From Candidatus Scalindua sp. (GTDB taxonomy: Bacteria; Planctomycetota; Brocadiia; Brocadiales; Scalinduaceae): 32,000 nt of DNA. The translations under genes were made by a program, and so were the position numbers. Within the stretch, counting starts at the first letter, position 1. Each line of letters begins with the position of its first letter. The notes under the pieces were generated by a model that saw only the letters and a list, made by a program, of their open reading frames with translations, made no database searches and had not been told where the DNA came from. Shown one piece after another: positions 1-8,143 of the stretch. The DNA lies in assembly GCA_031316235.1 (NCBI GenBank), contig JALDRA010000001.1, forward strand, positions 2,610,001 to 2,642,000, written 5' to 3'.

Positions 1-1
1 T

Positions 2-472
2 GTGATCAGGTATGATAATAAAGAGATAGGTGATTTGAATCAGTTGCGGAATATGGTCGCTCAGACTGCGGTTGGTAATGAGGTAGAGATTAAAGTGCTG
101 CGGAGTGGTGAAGAGAAAATGCTGAAAGTCACGATTGGAGAACAACCTGCAGACATGTTTGCAGGAGGACTATCTCCGGCAGGTAAAGATTTAGGGCTGA
201 CGGTTCAGGATTTGACAGAAGCGTTGGCTGGTAGCATGGGTTATGAAGGAGAAAGTGGTGTCCTTGTCTCGTCTGTCGAGCCGGGAAGTGCAGCCGCTCA
301 AGCTGATATTAAAGAGGGGGACTTGATTAAGGAAACTAATCGAGAAAAAATTGCTAATGTAAAAGAGTTTAAAGATGCTTTAAGCAAAATTGAAAAGGGC
401 AAGGATATCTTGTTTCTTGTACGAAGAGGCATGCATACAAGGTTTGTGATAATCAAAGAGGATAGTAAATAA
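2..472 (+). CDS. HtrA/DegP-family serine protease, C-terminal PDZ part (5' end outside window)
   Basis: ORF is open to the window edge. It is collinear and highly similar by eye to the C-terminal PDZ region of the complete HtrA at 19128..20639 (shared strings DN.EI.DLNQLRN, EQPAD.FAGG, ADIKEGDLI, DILFLV.RGM). Confidence 0.85.
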   Translation: MIRYDNKEIGDLNQLRNMVAQTAVGNEVEIKVLRSGEEKMLKVTIGEQPADMFAGGLSPAGKDLGLTVQDLTEALAGSMGYEGESGVLVSSVEPGSAAAQADIKEGDLIKETNREKIANVKEFKDALSKIEKGKDILFLVRRGMHTRFVIIKEDSK

Positions 473-494
473 ATGATATGTGGGCGAGAGGGAT

Positions 495-527
495 GAGAGA
501 GCTAACAGGACTGGCTGTGGCTCTCTC
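495..527 (+). terminator. Stem-loop 3' of the htrA fragment (possible terminator, no U-tract)
   Basis: GAGAGAGC (495-502) pairs with GCTCTCTC (520-527), with inner ACAG/CTGT. It starts 23 nt after the stop at 470-472. The following sequence is not T-rich. Confidence 0.3.
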
Positions 528-752
528 AATCCCTCAAAACCAAAGTGAGTGTGGGTCTGTTAGAAAAATAATTCATATTTTTTTCCTTTGTAACGTAAAC
601 ACACCATGTATGGATTTTCTGCTTCAGCTGTTATATAATCCGTTTGATAGGAGGCTTATGTTTGTTACGCCAGTTGTGTCTATGAAAATACCCGCTGCTG
701 CTCAGCTTTTTGTTGATGCAATGCTTTGTCTCTTCCGTAAAAAGGAAATCTC

Positions 753-780
753 TTGACGAAACCCCGAATTTCTATATAAT
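753..780 (+). promoter_or_regulatory. Sigma70-like promoter candidate upstream of 913..1263
   Basis: TTGACG (753-758), 16-nt spacer, TATAAT (775-780), about 130 nt upstream of the ATG at 913. Confidence 0.4.
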
Positions 781-912
781 CTAGCAGTAAAATTCTTTTA
801 CGGGTTATTAAGCTTTTCATGGTGAGAGGGGGTGGTGTTAGGCTCATAGAAGAAGGTACAAATGTATTTTACTGTTTGATTAAGATTTTAATTTGTAGGA
901 AGGGAGAAAACG

Positions 913-1263
913 ATGTTAAGTAAGTTTAAATATTTGTTTGTTGCAATAGTTGCTGTTGGTATTGTTTTTTGTTTAAGCAATCTGGGGTCTGCATATGAAG
1001 AAAAACCTGCTAGTATCCAAGTGGTAGTAACAGGCCTTGGTTATGCGGTCGAAGACGCTGAGGTAACTTGTGGAGAAGATTCTTCTACAACAGGTAAAAA
1101 CGGAATTGCGACCTTTCAAGTTAAAAAGGGATTTTATACTTTGTCAGCTGCCGGTCCACATGGGGGAGAGGCTAGCCAGGATGTTCGCGTAAGCCCTGGT
1201 GAAATAGTACAAGTAACATTTGAATTAGGTGCAGGAGCTCTTAAGGTTTCTGGAGGCCACTGA
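913..1263 (+). CDS. Small exported protein, carboxypeptidase-regulatory-like beta-sandwich domain (tentative)
   Basis: ATG preceded by GGAAGGGAG. N-terminal hydrophobic signal/anchor (YLFVAIVAVGIVFCLSNLGSA). GKNGIATFQVKKGFYTLSA...VRVSPGEIVQVTFEL resembles CarboxypepD_reg-type domains. Confidence 0.65.
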   Translation: MLSKFKYLFVAIVAVGIVFCLSNLGSAYEEKPASIQVVVTGLGYAVEDAEVTCGEDSSTTGKNGIATFQVKKGFYTLSAAGPHGGEASQDVRVSPGEIVQVTFELGAGALKVSGGH

Positions 1264-1279
1264 TTACAAAAAGTACCTA

Positions 1280-1318
1280 TTATGGACTTTAGGGTAAAAA
1301 CAGCCCTGAAGTCCATAA
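1280..1318 (+). terminator. Stem-loop terminator candidate after 913..1263
   Basis: TTATGGACTT (1280-1289) pairs with AAGTCCATAA (1309-1318), with inner AGGG/CCCT. It is followed by TTGCTTTCC and lies 17 nt after the stop. Confidence 0.5.
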
Positions 1319-1532
1319 TTGCTTTCCACTACTTGAGTGCGTTTATAAGCCATACTGCACCTCCTGCACCTATTCATTTCAACTCATTCCCGCCATGTCT
1401 GCATTAGTTAGATAATTGTTGCCGATTTACTACAAGCAATATTGTTTTTGAGTTGGTTTTGCTCTTTCCCCTCTTTTTTTTGTACAATAGGTCCGAAGCT
1501 TTTCTAAGAAAATTGTTCACAGAATTGTTATC

Positions 1533-2105
1533 ATGGCTGGAAAACTGGATGTCGATACCGTTAAAGCTGAAATCCGTAGTATGAATGAGGCTAACTTGAG
1601 ATCAATCATGGACATTTTGGCATTGGAGATATCGAAGAGTTCCCATGATAGTGGTCCGGAAAGTAACATTCTGATCTCAGAAAACACATTAGCGGAATAC
1701 ATTTCTGAAAAGTTCAGCAGTATGGATGAATTTCATGAGAGGGTATTGCAAAATGACAAAGGGATCAGAGGGATTCAGGCTTTTGCGGAAGCTGTTTATC
1801 AATACTTTAATCAGAAAGATCACTTAAGTTTTCACCTGGTAAAAGAGAGTATAAGCAGTAAAAAAGATATTATATTGAAAACAATAACTGACTTGGTAGC
1901 ATATAAAATTTCTCAGAGCTCAAATGACAAAGGTCCTGAGATGAATTTTATCACAGCAGAAACGTTCGTTGCTGAATACATATCGAAGTTTTTCAAAAGC
2001 AGGCGAGAGCTTGAAAACAGGATTTCAAAATTGGGCAATGATATGAAAGGATTAGGAATTTTTTCTGATACCGTATATAGCTTTTTCGTTGATGGTGAAG
2101 AATGA
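1533..2105 (+). CDS. Hypothetical protein made of two tandem ~75-aa repeats
   Basis: ATG start. Internal duplication is visible: DILALEISKSSHDSGPESNILISENTLAEYISEKF...GIRGIQAFAEAVYQYF versus DLVAYKISQSSNDKGPEMNFITAETFVAEYISKFF...GLGIFSDTVYSFF. The stop overlaps the next start (ATGA at 2102-2105). Confidence 0.7.
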   Translation: MAGKLDVDTVKAEIRSMNEANLRSIMDILALEISKSSHDSGPESNILISENTLAEYISEKFSSMDEFHERVLQNDKGIRGIQAFAEAVYQYFNQKDHLSFHLVKESISSKKDIILKTITDLVAYKISQSSNDKGPEMNFITAETFVAEYISKFFKSRRELENRISKLGNDMKGLGIFSDTVYSFFVDGEE

Positions 2106-3454
2106 AGGCAATATTTGTTTATCTGTCCGGAAGTAAGAGAGGTAAAACAGAGTTTTTTACTGATAAGCAGATCAGCATCGGTACAGATCCTTCCTGCAAT
2201 GCACGATTTGAACCGTCTCTTGATAGAAATACCTCACCTCTCCATGCGGAAATACACTTTGAAAAATGTACTTATATACTTAAGGATTTGGATAGTACAG
2301 AGGGTACATTTGTTAACAACAGGCTGATCAAAGAAGTAGTTCTGCAGGATAGTGATCTCATTGAATTTGGTGACAATGGGCCAAGAGTACGTTTCAGGAT
2401 TAAGGCTGAAGAGGGTGACGTGTGTAAACCCTTCAGGGAGATGTTAGCAGACTCTATGGATCTTGCAAGGGAAACTCACAAGGGCAGGAGACTGACGACA
2501 GCGACACTCTTTTTTAAAACATTATTGTATGAAGCTTACACCCAATCCTCTTTACAGTTTAAGGTATTGAGTTTCATAATTTTTGTCATCATTTTCGGAG
2601 GTGTTGTTGCTCTCTCTCATACTATATATACGACGCTGGCCGAGACAACGAAAAGGATTGAGGTTTTAGAGTTAAAAAGTACTGTTGCCGAAAAAATCAT
2701 TAGAAACTTTAGTGGTGGTGTATGTCTCATTCAATGTTCCTTTTCGTTGATTGATGAATTAACGGGAGAACCATTAAAATCCTGGAGCGATGGAAGTTTG
2801 CTGACAAACGATTATACGGGAACAGGGTTTTTGGTCAGCAAAGACGGTATGGTATTAACGAATCATCATATTGCAGAGCCGTGGTGGGGGAAAAGTGCTC
2901 AATTTGTCTCAATACGAAAAGGCTTTAAGCCCAGATTTGAGGTGTTCAGGGCGTTTTTTCCAAATGTAAAGGAACCATTTCCTCTTAAAATTGAGAGAGT
3001 ATCTGAAGAAGCTGATGTTGCGCTGCTGAGTTTTGATCCAAGGGGTATTGCTATTCCGGTACTTGAATTAGACGCTGGACAAATAGAGGCTATAGAGGGA
3101 GAGCCAGTTGTGTTAATAGGCTATCCCGCAGGATTGAGTGCACTTTTTGCAAAAACGGATCCGGACCTTGCACGGGAGATTTCTCAATTACCTTTTATTC
3201 AAGCGGCACAGGAACTGTCAGACAGGGCTTTGATAAGGCCAATAACTACTCAAGGTCATATCAGTGATGTTTTAAAGGAGAGGATTATTTATGATGCGCA
3301 GACAACTGTCGGTGGTAGCGGTGGCCCTCTCTTCAACAATAAAGGCAGGGTTGTTGCGGTCAATTACGGTATATTTCGTGGTTTTGGTGGGGCAAACTTC
3401 GGGGTTCCGATAAAACATGCCCTGGTGCTGATCGAAGAGGGAAGGCGTGAATAG
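2102..3454 (+). CDS. FHA domain - transmembrane helix - trypsin-like serine protease fusion
   Basis: N-terminal FHA pattern (ISIGTDPSC...SPLHAEI...YILKDLDSTEGTFVNN...LQDSDLIEFG). TM segment LSFIIFVIIFGGVVALSHTIY. Protease triad contexts are GTGFLVSKDGMVLTNHHIAEP (His), EADVALLSF (Asp) and TTVGGSGGPLFN (Ser). No PDZ domain. Confidence 0.85.
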   Translation: MKAIFVYLSGSKRGKTEFFTDKQISIGTDPSCNARFEPSLDRNTSPLHAEIHFEKCTYILKDLDSTEGTFVNNRLIKEVVLQDSDLIEFGDNGPRVRFRIKAEEGDVCKPFREMLADSMDLARETHKGRRLTTATLFFKTLLYEAYTQSSLQFKVLSFIIFVIIFGGVVALSHTIYTTLAETTKRIEVLELKSTVAEKIIRNFSGGVCLIQCSFSLIDELTGEPLKSWSDGSLLTNDYTGTGFLVSKDGMVLTNHHIAEPWWGKSAQFVSIRKGFKPRFEVFRAFFPNVKEPFPLKIERVSEEADVALLSFDPRGIAIPVLELDAGQIEAIEGEPVVLIGYPAGLSALFAKTDPDLAREISQLPFIQAAQELSDRALIRPITTQGHISDVLKERIIYDAQTTVGGSGGPLFNNKGRVVAVNYGIFRGFGGANFGVPIKHALVLIEEGRRE

Positions 3455-3578
3455 CATAGTGCCGTGCCTCAGACTCATTTTATAAGGTTCCTGTATTCCA
3501 TGGGACTACATGCAGGTAGGATTTGATATTTGGCTAATCGGTAATTCATTCTGGCTCAATCTGTTTAGGAGTAAATTG

Positions 3579-4145
3579 ATGAAAAAAGTTAATTTTATTT
3601 TGTGGTCGGTTATATCGGTTATTTCTTTTGCTCTCGTATCTGAAGCTTCACAAGTTGATTTAAGTTGGAGCGTCCCTGAAAACATTTCATACAAAAAGGA
3701 TTCAGAAGAGGGGAAGGAATTCATAATCTGGTTTTATTCAATCAAAAATACCACCGACAAAGAAATTTTAGTGCCTGTGGAGACATTCTTAACCACTGAT
3801 ACTCAGAAAAATTATGCTGATATATTTATTGAGGAGGTTGTTTCAACGGTTGCAGAAGGAGATAAAGAATATATGCCTGCCCTTGAGATGAAAGGTGAGT
3901 TCGGGCCGGGAGTTGCCAAACAAGGTGTTGCCTTGTTCGAAGACGTTGATCCTTATGCCCGGAAAATAGATATCTTTGTAACGGGGTTGTCTCATTTTTT
4001 TTTCTGGAGATGGCGGATGGTAGACTGTTCATACAAAATTACGTATGAAAAAGCAGGCAAAAAATGGAGACTGGTGGAGCATGGATTTTCTAAGGACTCA
4101 TCACACAGGAATTTCTCCGATTGGACGAACAATCTGGATAACTAG
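3579..4145 (+). CDS. Exported hypothetical protein
   Basis: The internal ATG at 3579 is preceded by AGGAG (3567-3571) and yields a signal peptide MKKVNFILWSVISVISFALVSEASQ. The longer ORF from 3510 lacks both. No recognisable domain. Confidence 0.65.
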   Translation: MKKVNFILWSVISVISFALVSEASQVDLSWSVPENISYKKDSEEGKEFIIWFYSIKNTTDKEILVPVETFLTTDTQKNYADIFIEEVVSTVAEGDKEYMPALEMKGEFGPGVAKQGVALFEDVDPYARKIDIFVTGLSHFFFWRWRMVDCSYKITYEKAGKKWRLVEHGFSKDSSHRNFSDWTNNLDN

Positions 4146-4199
4146 GGTACCGAAAATTTCTCAAACGGAAATATTGATTTTGCGGCAATTTTTTTTAAT

Positions 4200-5336
4200 A
4201 TGAAATTTACTGAATTCATCAGCAAATCTAATAAATATAACCAGTTGGCATTCTACATACTAAGTGGATCTGAATGCTTTCTCAAGCGGAAGGTTCTCTC
4301 AGAAATAAAAAAAAGTTTCTTCGGTAATGGAGGTGAAGAGCAAGGATTAATCGTGTTTCACGGTAAAGAGCCTCAGAAAAAGAAAAGTGGTGAGCATCTT
4401 GATGGTTTTTCCCCGGGAAATAGAGTCGATACTGGTACGTCATATTGTGATATCTTTGAGGAGATTGGAACCGTTTCCATGTTTGGCAGAGGTAAACTGA
4501 TTATTGTGGAAAATGCCGATAATTTTTTGAATGCAAATCAGCAGAAGCTTTTGGAATTAATGGAAAGTTCATTTAATTCTCATTGCTTAGTTTTGAATGT
4601 TGAGTCTCTAGATAAGAGGAAAAAAATCGTAAAGGTTTTAAGTGATAATCGAGGTATTCATATCGAGTGTCATAAACTTTATGATAGTCCCTCACCATGG
4701 GAAAGGGGTAGGCCTGAGTATGACAGCGAGTTGACAAAGTGGATTGTTTTACATGCCAAAGAGTATAAAAAGGTTATGAATCAAAAAACCGCATACTCTC
4801 TCGTGAAAAAGACAGGAAGTGAATTGGCTATTATTGATAAGCAATTAGAGATCTTGTCGCTTTATATGGGCGACAGAGAGCTGATAACCGAAGAAGATAT
4901 TCAGAATGTATTAGGGGTTGGGCAGAGGGAAAAGATCTATCATCTGCTTGATGCGGTTGGTAAAAAAGATTTTGTCTCTGCCATGAAGGCGGTAAACCTG
5001 ATGTTTGATACTGGTATGGAAAACGAGCGGAAGCATGTCATATTTGATGATAAGGTGATCGCCATAGCGATGATAAGTGCATTGCATAAAAGGATGAAAG
5101 AGTTATGGAAGACGCTGAGAGTTCTGGATAAAGGAGGTGGAGAGAACGATGTCCTGGAAAAAACATCTCAAAAAAGGGCGTTTGTTAGTAAGATAATGAA
5201 ACAAGCGAGAAATTTTATTGAAGAAGAGATGCCTGATAAATGGAAATGTATGCTTGAGGCAGATTTGTTGTGTAAAACAAGTAAACTGGCACCACCTGTT
5301 ATAATAGAACAGTTAATGGTAAAATTGTGTAGGTGA
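4200..5336 (+). CDS. holA: DNA polymerase III delta subunit
   Basis: N-terminus of HolA type (...QLAFYILSGSECFLKRKVLSEIKK), KLIIVENADNFL box, C-terminal helical domain (LLDAVGKKDF..A......L; LEADLLCKTSK....IIEQLMVKL). Size 378 aa. Confidence 0.7.
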   Translation: MKFTEFISKSNKYNQLAFYILSGSECFLKRKVLSEIKKSFFGNGGEEQGLIVFHGKEPQKKKSGEHLDGFSPGNRVDTGTSYCDIFEEIGTVSMFGRGKLIIVENADNFLNANQQKLLELMESSFNSHCLVLNVESLDKRKKIVKVLSDNRGIHIECHKLYDSPSPWERGRPEYDSELTKWIVLHAKEYKKVMNQKTAYSLVKKTGSELAIIDKQLEILSLYMGDRELITEEDIQNVLGVGQREKIYHLLDAVGKKDFVSAMKAVNLMFDTGMENERKHVIFDDKVIAIAMISALHKRMKELWKTLRVLDKGGGENDVLEKTSQKRAFVSKIMKQARNFIEEEMPDKWKCMLEADLLCKTSKLAPPVIIEQLMVKLCR

Positions 5337-5487
5337 AAGCCGTTTATTAATTCCTGTCTGGTTCTGGCTTGTCCAGGATCGGTCTTAAGCTATTATAAAA
5401 CGGGGCATATGTACGTTGTTCTTTTCCGGTCTACAGGACAGAATGTGGTAGTAATCTTGAAAGAGTGTATTTCTTGTGTGTGTATTG

Positions 5488-5534
5488 AGTACCAGCCTTA
5501 TGAAAATATTGTTATTTTTCAGAAGGCTGGTACT
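5488..5534. terminator. 12-bp stem-loop between convergent holA and lipoprotein gene
   Basis: AGTACCAGCCTT (5488-5499) pairs with AAGGCTGGTACT (5523-5534), with a 23-nt AT-rich loop. The T-rich stretch TCTCGTTTATCGTCTTTT follows on the + strand. It lies 17 nt from the minus-strand stop at 5551. Confidence 0.5.
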
Positions 5535-5550
5535 TCTCGTTTATCGTCTT

Positions 5551-6225
5551 TTATTGTCCAAGACCCTTTAATTTATCTGTAATGCTCTCTTTTAGACCAT
5601 CAGCTTCAGATGAAGTTGATGATTCTATCTCTTCTTTGGTTTTTTCCGTAACAAGTTCTTTCAGTTTTTCCTTAGCCTTTGAAATAATACCCATGGCTTC
5701 CTGCGAATCGCTGTCGTGATTATTCAAGACATCCTCTGCGGTTGTAATGGCCTCTTTATACTTGCCTTGGTCAAAAAACCTCTTGGCTTTTTCAATAAGT
5801 TCTTTTATGATTGAAGATGTTTTGTCTTTCATTGAATCAATTTTAGAGCTTTCCTCGGTTCCTGCTTCATCACCGAGCTCAGAAATAGATTCTTCCTCCT
5901 TGTCTTTGTCAAAAACTGCTTTGGCCTTGTCAACCTGATCGCTGATGACCGAAGAAGTCTTCTCTTTTATTTTTTCTGCTTCAGATTTTACTTTTTCTAT
6001 TATTCCACTACCCTTGGTTTCCGTTTCATCTGTCTGTTTAACTACAGATTCCGTTGTCTCAGCTGTTTTTTCTTTAACCTCTTCCAGTATGCTATTTTCA
6101 TGGTCGGTAATGTTTCTTTCCTCACTTGTCAAACCCTCTCTGGGGCGCTCTTGATCCTGCCCACATCCAACAATGAAAAAACTTAAGGCTAAAATGCACA
6201 TGAAAAAATTCTTCGAAAATGCCAT
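5551..6225 (-). CDS. Lipoprotein, Glu/Lys/Ser-rich low-complexity with C-terminal TPR-like helix pair
   Basis: ATG with GGAGG about 8 nt upstream. Lipobox FFIVGC in MAFSKNFFMCILALSFFIVGCGQ. Repeated segments KEKTSSVISDQVDKAKAVFD and KDKTSSIIKELIEKAKRFFD, then FFDQGKYKEAITTAEDVL. Confidence 0.75.
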   Translation of the reverse strand: MAFSKNFFMCILALSFFIVGCGQDQERPREGLTSEERNITDHENSILEEVKEKTAETTESVVKQTDETETKGSGIIEKVKSEAEKIKEKTSSVISDQVDKAKAVFDKDKEEESISELGDEAGTEESSKIDSMKDKTSSIIKELIEKAKRFFDQGKYKEAITTAEDVLNNHDSDSQEAMGIISKAKEKLKELVTEKTKEEIESSTSSEADGLKESITDKLKGLGQ

Positions 6226-6338
6226 TTATCATTCCTCCCCTTTTAATAGTTAGTTCCAAAATAATGTAAGAAAGAGTTGTTTTATATTTCAAACTCTCTA
6301 AAACAGGAGCGATAAAAAAATATACTGAAACTGTAACT

Positions 6339-6962
6339 TTACTTGAGAGTGCGTACCGGGCGAACGTAACGTGAACCTATACGTCTCCAGAATACGCAGC
6401 CACAGCCGTAGTGTACAAGCCAGGCACCGCCAGATATATAACTGTCACCAGTCCAGACCCATATTTGTTTCCTGTCAAAAACAGGGTCGATAAACAGGTC
6501 GCCATTCATCTGTTTTGATTCCAGCAAAGATGCAGCTTCTTCCATGGTAGGTAATCTCCAATCAGTATATCCAGCATAACCTTGAATATCTAGATTGCTT
6601 ACCCATTTCTTTGAATTTTCCCAACTGAGACACTGGTTAGAACCTGACTGGTGCCACATTAGACCAGTGGCATGGTCGATAACAACGCTATCTCCACCAA
6701 TAATCTTTAGTTCATAATCATTAGCAAAATCACCATCTTTATTATCAAATTTATCATAGAAATTGTATTTCTTTACCATCGAATCATCAGCAAAATTTCC
6801 ACAGGTAGAGCGTAGTTTTACCTGCTGTTCCCCTTTTTCTTCTGCTGGTGCCAGACTGCAACGTAAAGAGACAAGCAGTGTGATAAGAAAAAAGATAAAC
6901 AGAAGTACAGCTGTTTGTTTTCTGGACGTGTGAAAAACGGATTGAAGTTTCATGTATCGCAT
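6339..6962 (-). CDS. Exported DUF1566 (Lcl C-terminal-like) domain protein
   Basis: DHATGLMWHQ...W..SKKWVSNL...GYTDWRLPTMEEAASLL...YVRPVRT matches the DUF1566 pattern as I remember it. A signal-like N-terminus begins at the MRYMKLQ... methionines (6962/6953). The ORF is open up to an ATG at 7076, so the start is uncertain. Confidence 0.7.
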   Translation of the reverse strand: MRYMKLQSVFHTSRKQTAVLLFIFFLITLLVSLRCSLAPAEEKGEQQVKLRSTCGNFADDSMVKKYNFYDKFDNKDGDFANDYELKIIGGDSVVIDHATGLMWHQSGSNQCLSWENSKKWVSNLDIQGYAGYTDWRLPTMEEAASLLESKQMNGDLFIDPVFDRKQIWVWTGDSYISGGAWLVHYGCGCVFWRRIGSRYVRPVRTLK

Positions 6963-7185
6963 ATTTGTGTGTAAAGGTATAAATATTCCCCGAACAAAAG
7001 AAATAGTGAAAACTTCCCTTGTATACTCCCGGATCATATGGCAGAATAACAGATACATATTACCGAAATCAAGCATAATAAACGTAAATGAATAAAATCT
7101 GTAGATATATACTCATCTCATAATGGTTTTCGGATAAAATCCGAGATAAAATTGAGCGAGTATACCTTCACCAAGATCTGGTATA

Positions 7186-7222
7186 CTAAAACCAGTTTGG
7201 TTTTAGATTTTTCTAAAAACCA
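7186..7222. promoter_or_regulatory. Palindromic operator-like element, three copies of CTAAAACCA
   Basis: CTAAAACCA (7186-7194), GTT, TGGTTTTAG (7198-7206) form a perfect 9-bp inverted repeat. A third direct copy CTAAAAACCA lies at 7213-7222. This allows two mutually exclusive hairpins, or a dimer binding site. Confidence 0.35.
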
Positions 7223-7909
7223 AAGACTGATTGCTGCTATCCCCGGACAAAAAGCGCCAAGGGCTTTATTCGTCCCGGTTTTTTCAGATTGTATCCTAAG
7301 CTCAATATGAGTCAGGTATATCGTATCTACCAGATATTTCTTCCCATGTCAAATAGAATTTTCATATCCTTGTGGATCTGTTTGTTGTCTGGTCATTCTC
7401 ATCCAGCCGCCAATGGCCTGGAAAGGTATGAGGAAAACCGGCAAGGTGCTGTTGAAGAAGAACCAGAGACAACTTTATTGACTGCATGAAAAAAATAATT
7501 CTGGTGTGCCGCGAAATACAACATGATATCGTCGCAGCGGGAGAAATTTGTGAACAAAAGATCCGAAAAAACCATGAACCTTTTTTATAGGGTTACGATG
7601 CACTCTAAACAGGCGAAAGAAAGCCCATTCAGGGTAAAGATAGAGTTTAAACGCCAGATTGAGAATGCTGTAGAATCAATGAGCGGCGACTATGTCAAGA
7701 TCACTTTTGCACCGTACTGAGAGTGGAGCCGAAAATAACCCGAAATTCACACCTGTACCAGCCAGCCTGACAGTTGTCCATCCTCTGCCGCCACCCATGT
7801 CCAGGTTTCTTCATACAGATTCTATGAAGAAATATAATTTTTATGGGAATTTCCGGTAGTACCAATCAGTTGTGAATCCTGAATGTTTTGTGCGAACTTG
7901 ATTATGAAT

Positions 7910-7954
7910 ACGAGCCAGGCTCGCAGCTTTATCTAAACTGCGAGCCTGGCTCGT
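7910..7954. repeat. Perfect 17-bp inverted repeat (stem-loop), about 190 nt downstream of the lipid operon
   Basis: ACGAGCCAGGCTCGCAG (7910-7926), 11-nt loop, CTGCGAGCCTGGCTCGT (7938-7954). Each arm is itself internally palindromic (GAGCC.GGCTC). There is no flanking U-tract on either strand. Confidence 0.6.
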
Positions 7955-8143
7955 GAGAAGTTGATACAGCAAGAATAGAGAAATTGTAACAGCTCTGATG
8001 TTTTCAATAGAGATGTCAAAAATGCCTGCTCCATTTATACCGAGTGTATAAGAAAATACAGAGTATCCGTGTTAACCCTTGACACCATGCTGCTCGCTGG
8101 TAACGGTACAAACCTGTGGAGACAGAAATACTGTGTAGAGTCT

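Noticed and set aside
478-756. 92-aa ORF in the htrA-913 intergenic region
   Set aside because: It has no SD and no similarity. It spans a hairpin and ends just inside the -35 box of the promoter-like TTGACG-16-TATAAT, so it is more plausibly non-coding.
7289-7720. Two small + strand ORFs (66 and 65 aa)
   Set aside because: They have no ribosome-binding site, no recognisable family and odd composition. They are kept only as part of the description of the non-coding spacer. Ribosome profiling or proteomics would be needed to revive them.
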